Below are positions 51,431 through 64,000 of a DNA stretch of 64,000 bases, piece by piece. A program made the position numbers and the translations under genes. This DNA is from Ruditapes philippinarum (taxonomy: Eukaryota), in NCBI RefSeq assembly GCF_026571515.1, contig NW_026852869.1:62001-126000 (forward strand), given 5' to 3'. The notes beneath the pieces were generated by a model. The model saw nothing but the letters and a program-made list of their open reading frames with translations, had not been told where the DNA came from and did no database searches. How positions within the stretch are numbered: position 1 is the stretch's first letter; the number at the start of each line of letters is the position of its first letter.

Positions 51431-52155
51431 TGAAATCGTAATACTAATGATTATTCAACTGTGGTCACAAAACTGCGTATAAGCATTACAACAAAGATAC
51501 AAAATTTTAAAGTTTACGGACTCAATTATCGCTAGCATTATCAAAACAATAATAGCAAATTCCTATCAACCCACTTATATCTATGTTTATAAATATATAT
51601 TTTGTTAGGAAATCGTATAGACGTAGTTTGCTTGATATTTTGTGATTATTAACATTGCGCATTATATTTCAACAATAACCTTGTTAATGTTATGTTTGCT
51701 TGACTATCTAGTCTAACAAGTTTTTCTCGTGCTATTAAAGATATAGTAGGCCCATCTTTAGGTAAAGTACTTCAATTAAAGATATTTATTGAAATCAAGA
51801 AAATTCTTAATGAATATGTTTAATTTACATTTCAAAAGATGCTATATAATAAATTATCTTTATCTTTCAAATATTTCAATTATGACTGTATTATATCAAA
51901 ATTGCCAACCTTTGTTATGACACGAATTATTTATCATTATTATTAGTAGTNNNNNNNNNNNNNNNNNNNNNNNNNNNNNNNNNNNNNNNNNNNNNNNNNN
52001 NNNNNNNNNNNNNNNNNNNNNNNNNNNNNNNNNNNNNNNNNNNNNNNNNNNNNNNNNNNNNNNNNNNNNNNNNNNNNNNNNNNNNNNNNNNNNNNNNNNN
52101 NNNNNNNNNNNNNNNNNNNNNNNNNNNNNNNNNNNNNNNNNNNNNNNNNNNNNNN

Positions 52156-52300
52156 TAGTAGTTAGTAAGTAGTAGTAGTAGAAGTAGTGGCACTAGTGAT
52201 AGTAGTGGCACTAGTGTTAGTAGAGGTGGTAGTGGTAGTGGTAGTGGTAGCGGCAGCGGCAGCGGCAGCGGCAGCAGCAGGAGCAGCAATAGTAGTAATT
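52156..52300. repeat. Compound microsatellite (TAG)n > (GTGGTA)n > (GCGGCA)n adjoining an assembly gap
   Basis: Directly visible; N gap at 51951-52155. Confidence 0.95.
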
Positions 52301-53049
52301 AGTTTAGAGAAAATGAAATAAGTAAGATTTTTAAACAAAATTTGTTCTTTTTCCTGAAATAGGGTATTTAATGCCATATTTATTTAAAAGGCAGACTCAG
52401 CTGTTTAGTGCCGTACACTGCAGGCAAAAACACGTTTTTAAACTCACATTATGTTGTTTTTTGTTGTCTTTTTAATTCTGATAATCGTTTTGTTGGAATA
52501 TCTAAACACATTAATTTTGATAGATACGACATAACGTTAAGCTAATGCCGTATATAATTTCATTATTCAATAATACACCCACAACGAAAAGGATAAAGTT
52601 TCAAAATACAATTACTTTCGATTAATCAATTAATCTTTTATTCAGGACAATATCTCATTATGCAAATACAGTTATCATGACAAATATTTGTAAACATGCC
52701 GTTAGAGGAAATCATATTAATAAATATTATTTCATTAATTCTTTCAAAGAACCAAAGAGAAAAACAATTAATTATATCAATTGTTTTGCGCAATTAATTT
52801 TTTTCAATGCAATCTGTTTGTTTAAGGTAAAAACGAAATTCTTAAGTTATCAATTGATCTTTTTTTATTTTCTGTATTGTGCATCACCAATTTCTATCCA
52901 CACACATTTTAGAATATTTGACATCTTCTTTTTGTAATAATCCTTTATTAATATCATTATGCACTTGACACATTATCAATATTTTATGCAATTTGTAATT
53001 ACTTGATACAAGTGGACAAATCATGTGTGACAGAACATATAATTCATAA

Positions 53050-54200
53050 CCCTATACCGGATTATGTTTCTTCATTAATATCATAATGTTTGCATGACAA
53101 AATATTGACCAAAGCTTTAACAGATATTTTAATTACACATCAGATAATCTTATTCAAAATAATTACCATAATGATTTCTCTACTCAATTTAACACGATTA
53201 TTCGTATGCAATGTTGTTCGCGGACAGCAAAGAATATTAACAAGGTATGATATGTTTTCTTGCAAAATGTGAGAAAATCCTTTATACTTGACAACAAAGG
53301 CGTTATAACCTATGTGAGTTTGACCAGTCTGAAACTATATTACATTACAGTAACAAATGAAGAAGTAGTTCTAATAAACCATTTTAAATTAAGTATACAA
53401 TTATTATGCATCACGTTAGGGCTACGGTGAATCTCTTTATTATTTTTTTCTACTATGATCTCAACAGTTTTTCTGATACAAACACGTTAAATTTGATAAT
53501 ACATAACATTTCGATCTTCAATTAACTAGTCCTTTTAAAAAAAACCGTGAGATTTATAAAATATCTGATTGTAGTTATATCTTTGAAGTAAAAATACTTT
53601 TACATTAACCATGCAATAATTCATTTCATGCCACTAAATTATTCGCAGTTTATAAATGAGCAAATCTAATGTAAATTTTAAATGTCGGGTGGTCGACTAC
53701 TGAATTACAATCAACAGTTGCCAAATATAGAAAATTTGTCTGCAGAAGATGTAAACTTTACGTTTAATAGCATGCACATGGAGACATCATCTAGCTACAT
53801 CTTTTATCACAAACATTAAGCTATCGAAATAAAATACACAAATGAAAATGACGTTAGATTTATTTTCAGATGATTTATTTATTTAGCAATGAAAAACAAA
53901 ACAAAAACAGTATACATTTATGAAATGCTTATGTATGTTTGGTCTGGTCTCAAATTATTTTGAGCCATAAACTCTGTCTTTTTCTATAAACGCAAGCACT
54001 GTTTTCAACTTTATACAAACTAGATTGGTGTTGTTGTTTTTCCCTGTTTTGCTTTAGTCTCTGCTCTCTGTTATTCAATATGGATACGAATAAAAGAAAT
54101 CGATAATCTCTAAAATCAGAATCAATTGTTGATGGATTGAGCGATTGTTTTTTTCTGGTAAAGAAATGTATAATTTAAATAATGATGCCAATTATTTTCA
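53050..54200 (+). pseudogene. Possible further fossil STAND module (weak)
   Basis: ENLSAEDVNFTFNSM..SSSYIFYHK (~53729-53813) resembles the winged-helix segment. Walker motifs were not clearly found. Confidence 0.25.
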
Positions 54201-54718
54201 TTCAGCTGACATTTAAAAGCTTACATTCATAGTATTTGTTGGAATTTTTTATTTTGAAAGGAAACCAATATAATTAACTTACTCGTACATAATAAAGCAC
54301 CCAAGATGAAAATTAAATATACCAAAAGTAATTTCAGCCAAAGGAGGGGGGTAAACACTATACTTTAACATAATAAAACACAAATTATTTTTTCAATGAG
54401 CAAAATATCGATTTTTCTTTAAATTGAATTTTAAGTCGTCATTACTTTTTGGCTGTAAAAATGTCAATTTCAGTCGCATTGATTTCAAAGGTTGTTACAG
54501 TGCATGTGTATAAACGTTTCCCGCTACCACTCAGACTGAAAATATGTTTCATTCCAAAGCTTCACAGGTTCTCACACTTTCCTTATTAAACCATAATTTA
54601 TCAACTATTTTATAGTATTCTATTGCAACATGGTGAATTGGGTTTTTTTGTTTGATATCACACGCTGGAGCTTTATTGAAAATAATACTGGAGTCTTTGA
54701 TATTTCATTGATACAATC

Positions 54719-56000
54719 ATGTTTGTTGTGCTGAGAATTGCATTGAAGTACGAAACTGGTATTTGGAATGAAGAAGTGAAAAGTCATTTCTTTTCAAAGA
54801 ATATGATTATTATAATTGCTTCTTATGGTTTAGGTGCTAGCGTATCTTACACTGTTGTTGTTTCTTTTAACAAAGTGATTAAATATTGACAAGTTATTGA
54901 ACAGTGTAAAAGGAACGAATGACTTTGGATTGAATGAAAAATGCCTGTAAGTTACATTAGTAATTAATTGGTATATATCAAATGATGTGTTTGGCGAACA
55001 ACATAATTTGAATATAATATTCAATAATTTTGTCAAAATACGGGTTTGATTATTAAGTCAAATGAAAACCAAAAACAATTTATCTTGCTTTTTATTTTAT
55101 AAATTATTCCATTTTAAATTCAAGGGGTTATTCAATGCATATATCCCTGCCCTGCCAAATAAAATGTGGATACACGAAGAATTTAACCACAACATATTCG
55201 TAAACAAACGAGCAAATTTCCATGTTTGTTGCTAAATATATTGTAATTCAAACAAAAAGTAAGTGTAGGGATATATCAATTGAAACTGACTCAATATTCT
55301 AATGTGATTAGGACGTTTTAATGATATAATGTATAATGTATCCCGTTGGTTGTGTACCCTTTCTTCATGTTGACTGAAGTTGTTTTAAAGTCCCTCAAGG
55401 AATAAAATACTAAAAAAAGCAAACTATTTGCATACTTGATACGACATAGGCTGTTATGAAATTCTGTATTTTAATCATATGCACAAAGTACAATATATGT
55501 TCTTTAAGAGGATATTCAGGCTTAAATTTATAAAGAGTGATATACTAGATCAATACTTATTTTGTAACAATTCCAACAAGAGTTTGCATTTACATTACTT
55601 ATTAATATAAACTTTGTAGCAACTCCTTTTACAAAATTTTGACAAAATACATTTAAATTAAATGAAAATTATTTACGTTAACTTTGTACTAAAGTTTCTT
55701 TACAACATTGTGTCTAAATTAGATAATGCTGAGGTCCAAAAGCCTAAAATACAAAAACTGAAAATCTTACATTGATTTGGCAATTAAAACGAAAAGAAAA
55801 TATACAAACGTTAATGTTTATGAAGTTGTTAAGAAATAAATCAAAAACCAATTTGTTGTGTGATTATAGGCCAGAATTAATTATTAATTATTTAACTATT
55901 TTAAATTTTGAATCTTTTTAAACAATTACAAAAATTATTCTATGTAAGGGAGTAAGCGAATGGCCTGATATTTTGCAAACATATACTGATCCATACCTAA
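54719..56000 (+). pseudogene. Fossil STAND NTPase (nSTAND3-like) module
   Basis: Open frame KYETGIWNEEVKSHFFSKNMIIIIASYGLGAS (degenerate Walker A at 54797-54841). YISNDVFGE (54972-54998) lies ~50 codons later, followed by IGCYEIL..FFKR..FIKSDI (~55446-55545). Confidence 0.5.
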
Positions 56001-56389
56001 ATAATTTAATACAAAAATGTCTGAAAAATCCAATCATGCCTAACGAAACCTCAGTCGAGTATACTCAAGAATTATAGAGAATTATTAAAAAATTATAGAA
56101 ACAATTGAGCGAAGACAATGAATTATTACAATAAGTAGTAAGGGTGGTAAAATACAATTACAAAGATAGCTTTAAATGGAAATGTACTAGTAAAATTGTC
56201 AAACATAAAATATTGATTTCTTCTTATTTAATGATGGTATACTTAAAAGTAAATGAAACGACAGAAACAGAACATATATAACAATTTTTCTGTGTAATAC
56301 ATATATAACAAAACCTAAGATCTATTGTAAGTAACATAATTATAATAAACTTTTTAGATTGGTCTTTTTTAAATAGATTTATTTTCATG

Positions 56390-57600
56390 AAATATATACA
56401 ATGTTTCCATATTAGCGACTGGCAACTAAGGAATGGAATTATTTTTAAAACGCAACTTCAATTCCAAAACCACTATATGATACAGATTAGTACTAACACT
56501 ATACACTTGTTATCGAAACACATGTTTGCATTGATTTGGTACACCCGGCTACTTATTTGTAAGATGCTAATTTTTGTTAGTTTTTTCACTTAAGTCGATT
56601 GTAGAAAAGTACATATATCATAACGATAAGCTAATTTAAAAACAAAAAACTAAAACATCGGTCTAGCCTTATCTACAGTGTAAAACTTTCTTTTTAAAAA
56701 TGGTATCTATGTTCAGCAATTGTTATATAAAAAGTCAAATAAAAATATAAAGTTATTTACTAATGCCATTGAAAAGTTCCAGTTTATTTATAAATATGTG
56801 CAATTAAATATTACAAAAATACGACTTCCAGAAGAAAAGAAACAGTTAAGAAAGTGTCCCTCATTAGGTTGTAAGCAAAGTAAATTTGCTTGTTTTTGCT
56901 TCGATATTTTCCAGATATTTACATTGATACCACATACTTTAGTAACACTACAGATTGGAAAAGCAAAGTCAGTTATTATTTCGTGATTTCTGTGAAAGGA
57001 GCTTACCTGAAAACATGTTATTTCTAATTATTCCAGAAGTTGATGGAAATCGATGTAGAATAATGTGTATGAAAATAATTAAGTTCAATAAAAACACCCT
57101 TTAATCTGATTATTCAAACAGTCAGTCAAAATTGCATTATTGCATATCTAACAATCAGATATCGTTAGCATAATACATAATTTTATTTACATCACTAAAA
57201 ACGTCTTACAAACCAATTATATAGGCATCAAGCATGCTATACAATAATTCATTACTTTACGTTTAGATACAGTGATGATAATGAACAGTAATAAAGATTT
57301 CAGACAAATATGTGTTTGTGAAAATGATCAAAAAAAAGAATTGAAATACGTTCTAGCAAAACTTATAATCGGTGAGAGTTTGGTTCGTTTGAGAAGAGGC
57401 TTTGGTGTAGATATTATTAGTAATTAATAGCAATAAATCACTGCACAGTCACAGATGAAATTATGTTAAATGCTGATTTTCGGAACTATTCTAACAAATT
57501 GAATTTAAAACGTTTCAGTTTTCTTTCTAAGTATCTTGACAAAGATTATATATGTAAATGACTGTGCTACATTGAGTAAAGGTTCCGTTTCTTTATAAAT
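56390..57600 (+). pseudogene. Fossil STAND NTPase (nSTAND3-like) module
   Basis: YNVSILATGN*GM (56397-56435), MLIFVSFF, RLPEEKKQL (in ORF 56720-56986), ELKYVLAKLIIG (57338-57373) and NHCTVTDEI (57436-57462). Confidence 0.5.
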
Positions 57601-59116
57601 ATGATGATTAACACTCTTTCTTTTAATCATTTTCTTTTAATTTGATACTTTAATTATATGGTTTTGAAATTGTTGTCGTCGTCGTCGTTTTTAAAGATAT
57701 AGAAAGGCAATTTAAGAATATACATTGAATCGACATGTAAAGTGTAAAGAATAAAAATGAACATTTTGTAGGAAGTATGTCATACCATGAAGAGGTGATA
57801 TTATATGTAGCTTTTTTATTATCTGAAAAATGTTTCATTGATATTAAAGGTGCAATCAGACACATTATATAGAAATGTTTCTTAAATTAAGCGAAATATG
57901 TCAGTCTGCTAAAACGTCTTCCATCTTTTGTTAGTGGATAGACTAATCAGTTACTCGAAATACCATCTTGTAAGTTTATTCTCATGGGGGAAAAAAGATC
58001 ATTGCATATCTTATGGGAAATGAAAAAAGCGTTTGCAGAAAGAATTGGAAAACATTGACAAGTTATTGACAAGTTTTAATTAAATATTGCTTTCTGTGAA
58101 ATGTGAATGTCATCGTTATATTCCATAATAAATAAATGTCCAATATATACAACAGTCGTAATAAAAGTGCAATACCTGTTTAATTGACAAACATTTCTCA
58201 TTATTTCATAACTTAGGTTCGGGAAATGCTTAAATATGAGAAACAAAAATACATATCTGTTAACTGATAAACGTTGATTGTAAAAAAACTGATTAAATGA
58301 CGTAACATTTTAAATTCAAGAATATAAACACTGCCAACCCCGTTCAGTTTTATGTTATTATTATACGCAAGTTGCTACAGATAATTTGAAGGCTTCTTAA
58401 AGTTTGCAAGGTGTTGAGAAAATGCCGAATAAATGCAATTCACGTTCTAATGCTTTTTATTAAGTTTAATAAGTTTAAAGGGATAGTGAAAAGCATACAG
58501 TAGCGGATAGTTACTTAACAATTATTGATTTATTCTGTTTTCTTCAAAGAAGCTGTCAATTTTGCTACATGTGTAAATTAAGATGAATGGTGGCTGAGGG
58601 AGAATATCATTTTTTATCATATAAAATACAGTGTCGCCGGCTAGCAGCGTCACAGTAAAGAAATAACATGTTAAGCCAAAAACTAGGATATTTTTAAACA
58701 TGCGTTGTAGAAAGTTTACAGATTCCGATTTCTGTAATATATGAATAAACGAATATCTTCGACTTATTTGTAAATATGTTATTGAAGTATTTTCTGCGTG
58801 CATATAGCTTAATACGTTATACTTCTTATGAAATCAGATTAACGTCTGTAGTCAGCTGTACTGTCTGTAAAACGCTAAAAGGTAGACTTATTACATTCAT
58901 AGATCTAACAGTCAAGAAACAAATGTGACACATTCAATTTATTTGTTTCGGTTGAATGCCATGAAATATAAATATATAACAACTCAAACTTCTCAAGGAA
59001 AAATTAAAGAAAAGGACGTTTTAGCAGTCGCCTACACACCACACGAATCAGACATATTCAATTAAATTTAACACATTTACTTTTTACTTTTATATGAGTA
59101 CTCAAAATACACTTAA

Positions 59117-59429
59117 AGGCGCATTATGCTTCAGAAATCAAATTTTAAAGATTCTGTCGAAGTGTCAAACATGGGTAAGGTTAAAATAATGTATTAAGTG
59201 CATGTTAGATGTTTTTAAAGTAAAAGAAGTTGTTATGTGTCGAAAAGATAGCACGTCAACAAAGTACATTGTACAATTTTGACTTTTATACTAAGTCACT
59301 AAATTTATATCAATTGACAACCGAACTCAAGATGCAGATAACAATTCATGTATTTTGAAACTGTAAAAAGATACCAAAAATAAACAGTTTATTTAAATTA
59401 ACATGATAGTAGGTAGACAAATTGGGCCT
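59117..59429. mobile_element. The same Kolobok-type MITE in copy C
   Basis: TTAA at 59113-59116 and 59430-59433; colinear with 32217-32564. Confidence 0.7.
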
Positions 59430-62400
59430 TTAAATATTTTGATACTCAATTATTATCATATTTATGTTCTTTAAAACTTATATTTTCGCAATATATAGAA
59501 AGCAAAACATAATCTACAGAAACATTACATAAAATATGGATGTGAATGCAAGGAGAATTGCGCAACATCAGCAAATTGATAAAACATATAATATTTGCAG
59601 TTAACGTTACGTTGAACTCGTTTGTAATAAGAAATAAATGTTTAAAATGAAACATAAATAACAGTTCAATTATCTTCATTCTGACACGTTCATTGTCCAA
59701 GTAAGATTATTTTGTTGATTAATAAATTATAAACCATATTCAATTTGCATTAAATTAACAATACAAACACAATTGCGGATTTTAAAAATTGCAAACGAAA
59801 ATCACAGGAACGGATGACTTAAACTTAGATTGTTTAAACAAGGAATATTATATCATAGCAAAATGATGCATTTGATACGATTTGAAGACAATAGGAGTGT
59901 CTCGACCATGATTACAAGGCGCAGAATACGTTTGAGTAAAACCAACGATTACAAGGCGCAGAATCGTTGGGTGTGATATGCTTCGGTATAATCAACGGTA
60001 ACAAGGCACAGAATCACCAAATGTGATACGCTTAAGTAACATCAACTGTCCCAAGGCGCAGAATCACCGAATGTGATAAAGCATATCTCAAATCTACTAG
60101 AGTGAAATACAAGTAATATATTAAAATCTTACATTCTATTAAAATCCTTATTGAATTTAAACCACAAATTTAAGCATTGCAAAAATGGCATAACGCCAGC
60201 AATTTTGGTAATTCAAGATCAATTAGATTTATTTTCTGTTGTATCGTATCTTTACATCTAATGTATGAATTAAATATAGAAAAAGAAACTGTTCAGTGTT
60301 AATAAATTCTTGTAATATCCTGCTTATGATACAATGAAACTAAATGATTTAGGAACAAATTTGACATTGACTTTTTGTACTTTTTCGATCTTTCTAAGGA
60401 TAAGATCCGATTATTATTTATATATTTCTTCTAACAATAAAGCAAATGATGTCTTAGGGTATGAAATATAACCTTATGTGCATTATTCGATATTCGATCA
60501 TATTTTGATTTAACGGAGTTTGTTTTAACGCAGGTTTTTTTATTTATTTTTTTTACGGGTTGTCCTTTTTGCTCTTTTCTCTTATAAGGAATTGATGTTA
60601 CAGGCCTCTGTTTTTATAAATTATGTTTTAACCTTTGTATTTCAATTGTTTCTTATTAATAGTAGAAACACATTAATTGCAATCATCCGTGCAAAAAAAT
60701 GCAATTGATAAATTAATACAATACTAAATGAATGACAACGCACACTGTCCTAAGAATATTCCTACAGATCCAAATTGATTATGAACACATAACATATTTA
60801 ATTTTAGCAACATAAATTTATAAAATGCAATGTTCGCATCACGGAAAGCCCGTGTTCACATTGTAAATTGTTTAAACAGCAATATAAATATTGATATAAA
60901 ATATAAAATTTAAAATTATAGTAATTTAAAACATTAAAGCACTCCATAATGATTTTAACTCTTAAAACACTCGAATTTGCAATCAAATACTGACAGTCAT
61001 ATATTAAATGCTATATTAATTACGGAACCATATTACATGTTACTTAAGTATATACAAACCAGAACATAGCTTGAGCGATGACGTTGGCGTGAATAATTAA
61101 ATGAATAAAGGATATATTTTCGAAATGCATTCAATATTATCAATACATCACCCTTTTAATGATTTAAATTATCGTTTCACCGTTTCGACTTACCATATTG
61201 AGAACGATAATAATTCCTTAGCGAATTTTCTATAGTTTTGTAGCATCATTTTGATGCAATGACATAAATATTTATGTTTGTAGATCATTATTAGTGTTTA
61301 TTTAAGCATTAATGTATATTGTATTTGGGGGAATCTGGAAGCAAATAACACTGTATTCAATGCATGATTCAATTTAGTTACGTTTGACAAACATGTTCGA
61401 ATAAGGGTTGCCCCCAAATTTACACAAGTAGCATTTTCAATTACAGCTTTAAACATTGTATAAAATGTTAATGGCGAATGTAAGAGAATATTGATAATGG
61501 TTTTGTTTTACAACGATATAAAACTGGTAAACATAATATTTACATGATACAAAGGTGTTTTTTATCTACTAAAATGCATTTAAAATGTGTGTTTTGGCAG
61601 CTTTAACTGTTACGTAGCAAACTAGACCAAAGCATTTATAGAAAAATTATAATCAACAGCATCTGATTCCATACCAATTTTACAAATGATCATAAGTTGA
61701 TGCTATACGGTAATACAATATAGTTGAACATGTTCCATATATATGGCGTTATAAATTTGTTAGTGTAAATTACTGCAACATTAAAGTAAATAAAGAAAAC
61801 TGTTGTATTCTGACAGTCTATTGTTCAAATATTCAAAGGTATTGTGTGCTGTGCTATAACTTAAAGATCGCAAAAATGTTAAACCTTGTTTACATATTCA
61901 ATATCATAGTTTGGAAATTCAAATTTACGATAACTTCAATAGACATTAAGACAATGCCAAAGCCACATTTCATGCTTGTAGTGGCCACATAAAGCGCACG
62001 TGGTTTTCTTATCTGTCAAAGTTTTTGGCAGAACAAGCTTTTATAAACAACAGAGAATATTTTACCGCTTAAATGTTTCCACTGATATTTATTTCCTATA
62101 ATTTAACCTACATAATATATATGAATCATTAACAGTTACTGTTAAATGCAATTAGCGTCGCTGTTACCATTTTGTTTACATGTATACTTTTTATTAATGT
62201 CCTGCTTCTGTTAAATAAAAATGTGATAACATCTATTGAGTAATAGTCGATCAGATACGAATTTTTTATTTAATTTGTCGCTCATTTATGGAAGTTAGTC
62301 ATTTTTCTAAACTCATTGTATATGAAAAAACGAAATTAAGTTTACTTTTTACAATATTTGATTTCTTCAATGAAAGCGGAATACCGTTGTACTTTGAACA

Positions 62401-63597
62401 TTAATTTAATTATAGCCAACAATTTCGTTTACCATACTTTTGATTTGGCTTCCGTTTAGTAAAAAGTTGGTATAATACTTATGTGAGTCAATACAAATTA
62501 ATATTAGACTGATTCGAATAACATTTTCATATGTATATGTTTTTTATGCTTTACCTTGTAACATCACAAAATTGTGACAATTAATTGTTGTTTTAAATAA
62601 TAATTCATGTCTGATACTAAGATTATTCTTCGGACTCTATCAATGTTTAAATTTAATATACTTCCAAGGATTAAGGATTTTTGTTGTGAATGAAAATTGT
62701 AATCACCATCTTTTATTGTATTACTATTGCTTTAGAAATTCTAAGGAAATCGGTATTACAAATTGCATTAGGTCATTGCCCTACATTGACAAATAAATAC
62801 TGGTCGTGGTCAACATCAACGAAAGTTGTTTTTGCATTGTCAACGCTTGTGGTAATTAAACAATTCACAGAAAGGAAAATGATGTTATATCCATGGAAGA
62901 GATGTTGATGTAAAATTGCGAATTAATAATAAGAAACTGTACACAAAACATTTTGACATTTTAATTTAGAAAATTTAATTGAATATTAAAATCAGTTAAA
63001 AGATTAAAAAAAGAGATAGCCTAATACAATAATAAATAGCGTCCAGAAGTTTTGTTGTCCTTCTTGAATGAACATTGCTCTTACTGCTCTTATCTTCTGT
63101 TCTGAAAATATCTTTCAATCGTAATAAAACAAGAAATTAACTTTTTTTTGTTAGAACGCGAAATATATTTTATAAAGTATGTCCTTTGAATTGATGATTT
63201 ATTTCGAAGAATTGAATAAGTGACAGCAAGGCAAAACTAATATAAGAGTATTTACATACACAGAGCAAGTTCCGGTCAACCGTCAGCAAAAGATTAATAT
63301 GAAACCAGGAAATATGTTTTCCTAGGCAATAATATAATCTCACTATTAATAGTTACCACATTCATGTCAAGAATATGTGTTCTTGTTGTTTTTATATTGA
63401 GTTTTATTGCAAATAGTTGTTGTTTTGATGAAGATTTAATACTTAAGATAGAAAAATAAAAGTGATGTTTTGTTTACCTTGATATCGTTATGTAAAACGC
63501 TTATAATACAATATTAAAACGGCTTAAATTATAAGACATCTGCCCCAATATTTTTAAGAGTTGAAAATCATAGACATTCCCTTTGATCACTCGGATT

Positions 63598-63815
63598 AAC
63601 CGCCTATGTGGTCGAGGGGTTAGAGTCGATGACTTCTAATCCAGTTACCTCTTGGGCGTGATTTCGATCCTCGGGAGATGCTTTGGCAGTTTAGCGCGGA
63701 GGAAGGTAGTCTAGTACTGGTAACTCTCCAGGAACGATGGTTAGAAAACTACCCGCCTATTTGACTGAAATACTGATAGAAAAAGGCGTAAAATGAAACA
63801 AACAAACAAACAAAT
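63598..63815 (+). mobile_element. tRNA-derived SINE family 2, full length
   Basis: Head with A-box-like TGGTCGAGGGG and B-box-like TTCGATCC; body agtttagcgcggaggaaggtagtctagtactgg; tail tgactgaaatactg...aaaggcgtaaaa(caaa)n. Confidence 0.8.
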
Positions 63816-64000
63816 AGTGATTATTATTTCATATAAATATAAAATATAAAATTGAACCAAACTATGGCATAATGTTGAGTTATTTTAATGTTTGCAGTTT
63901 GCAGGTCTGTTAATTTGCAGACCATTTATACTTGGATGCGCATAATGTTACTTTTAGAGTTAAATGACTCGTGTTACACATTGCTTGACCAGCTATTTTA

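Larger units (their letters stand above)
58575..64000. repeat. Third paralogous copy C (matches ~13920-19240 and ~29135-37930); runs off the window end
   Basis: Shared blocks include ggtagacttattacattcatagatctaacagtcaa (58881, 29440, 14229), ctgacacgttcattgtccaagtaa (59681, 32833, 16043) and gagcaagttccggtcaaccg (63263, 19013). Confidence 0.9.

Overview
AT-rich eukaryotic genomic DNA, most likely from a bivalve mollusc (inferred from the SINE and MITE families, not proven), with four short N gaps. There is one intact gene: a six-exon, 277-aa secreted S1A (chymotrypsin/elastase-like) serine protease on the minus strand (1025-4680). A head-to-tail tandem duplication covers copy A (~2229-20010) and copy B (~20011-39010); it broke inside protease intron 4 and left a dead remnant at ~20012-20301. 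A third, partial paralogous copy C occupies ~58575-64000. Comparing the copies exposes many insertions: a composite pair of TTAA piggyBac-type MITEs, Kolobok-type MITEs, three tRNA-SINE families, a Helentron-like satellite carrier and a copy-specific 50-bp minisatellite expansion. Outside the duplicated copies are a 4.4-kb Sola1-like element with perfect TIRs that carries a 30-bp minisatellite, and Crypton-like hairpin elements. The main hidden signal is that much of the apparently non-coding DNA reads, through stops and frameshifts, as a tandem series of fossil STAND P-loop NTPase modules resembling nSTAND3. Walker A-like, Walker B-like and winged-helix-like motifs appear in the correct order about every 1.5-2 kb, nearly all on the + strand. 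This suggests a decayed NLR-like immune array or a giant multi-NTPase gene. All family assignments were made by eye and from memory; no database search was run.
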